Part shown: piece by piece, positions 63,826 through 64,000 of the stretch | How the letters are laid out: each line of letters opens with the position of its first letter | Position numbering within the stretch: position 1 is the stretch's first letter | Assembly: GCA_947487955.1 (NCBI GenBank) | Contig: CANKYV010000001.1 | Location: 43,644 to 107,643 of the forward strand | Origin: Alphaproteobacteria bacterium | GTDB lineage: Bacteria; Pseudomonadota; Alphaproteobacteria; Paracaedibacterales; CAITNM01 | Length of the DNA stretch: 64,000 bases | Direction: 5' to 3' | Translations under genes and position numbers: made by a program | The notes under the pieces: generated by a model | Database searches by the model: none | The model's input: only the letters and a program-made list of their open reading frames with translations | Told to the model about the DNA's origin: nothing

Positions 63826-64000
63826 CTAGTCTGGAAAAATTCTCATTTTTTCAAGTTGTTCTATAACTCGATCTAGCTCATTCAGAGTTGACGTTCTAGA
63901 AAGCTTTGCTTGAACAGTAAAAGGTTGAGCATAACGTTTCGCAAATAGCTGTTGATAAAATCGCTTAAATTTAGGCTTAGCAATACCCGTTGGATAAATT
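63826..64000 (-). CDS. 3' end of an unidentified gene running off the window
   Basis: An open frame on the minus strand runs from the window edge to TAG at 63826-63828 (...YPTGIAKPKFKRFYQQLFAKRYAQPFTVQAKLSRTSTLNELDRVIEQLEKMRIFPD*). No family was recognised. Confidence 0.3.
   Translation of the reverse strand, partial: IYPTGIAKPKFKRFYQQLFAKRYAQPFTVQAKLSRTSTLNELDRVIEQLEKMRIFPD

Overview
This is an AT-rich bacterial chromosome segment. Gene content suggests an alphaproteobacterium with an intracellular or amoeba-associated lifestyle, but that taxonomic guess is inference only. Housekeeping genes frame the window: trpS, ligA, alaS, two SDRs and tRNA-Gln on the left. On the right are a dioxygenase/DAACS transporter/acetoacetyl-CoA synthetase group, icd, ygfZ, hisS, rubrerythrin, flgBC, csrA, gmd, nuoAB, fmt, RNase J, an IS200-type tnpA, a DUF3501-like gene and MscS. 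The main accessory feature is a ~24.6-kb integrative element inserted in the 3' half of tRNA-Thr(UGU). It is bounded by 47-nt direct repeats at 14901-14947 and 39515-39561, with a P4-type tyrosine integrase at the distal end. The element carries: (i) a 2525-aa polymorphic toxin with a CdiA-like C-terminal architecture but no recognisable TPS domain or transporter, plus a cognate immunity ORF and a downstream orphan toxin/immunity module joined by a ~60-nt homology handle; (ii) a GT11 fucosyltransferase; (iii) a secreted Sel1-repeat protein; (iv) an alpA / split primase / P-loop replication module next to an iteron-like array; (v) a cargo hotspot between alpA and int holding a stand-alone SIR2-like protein, hipBA, a frameshifted unknown gene and a 285-aa unknown. 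Outside the island are a BcsA-like synthase with an OM-barrel partner, a secreted LHH/HNH-type nuclease with a KKRKR NLS-like motif, a csrA 3'-end duplication bracketing gmd, and several lineage-specific secreted proteins. I saw no rRNA, CRISPR array or reverse transcriptase. All family assignments come from motifs read by eye; no database search was possible.
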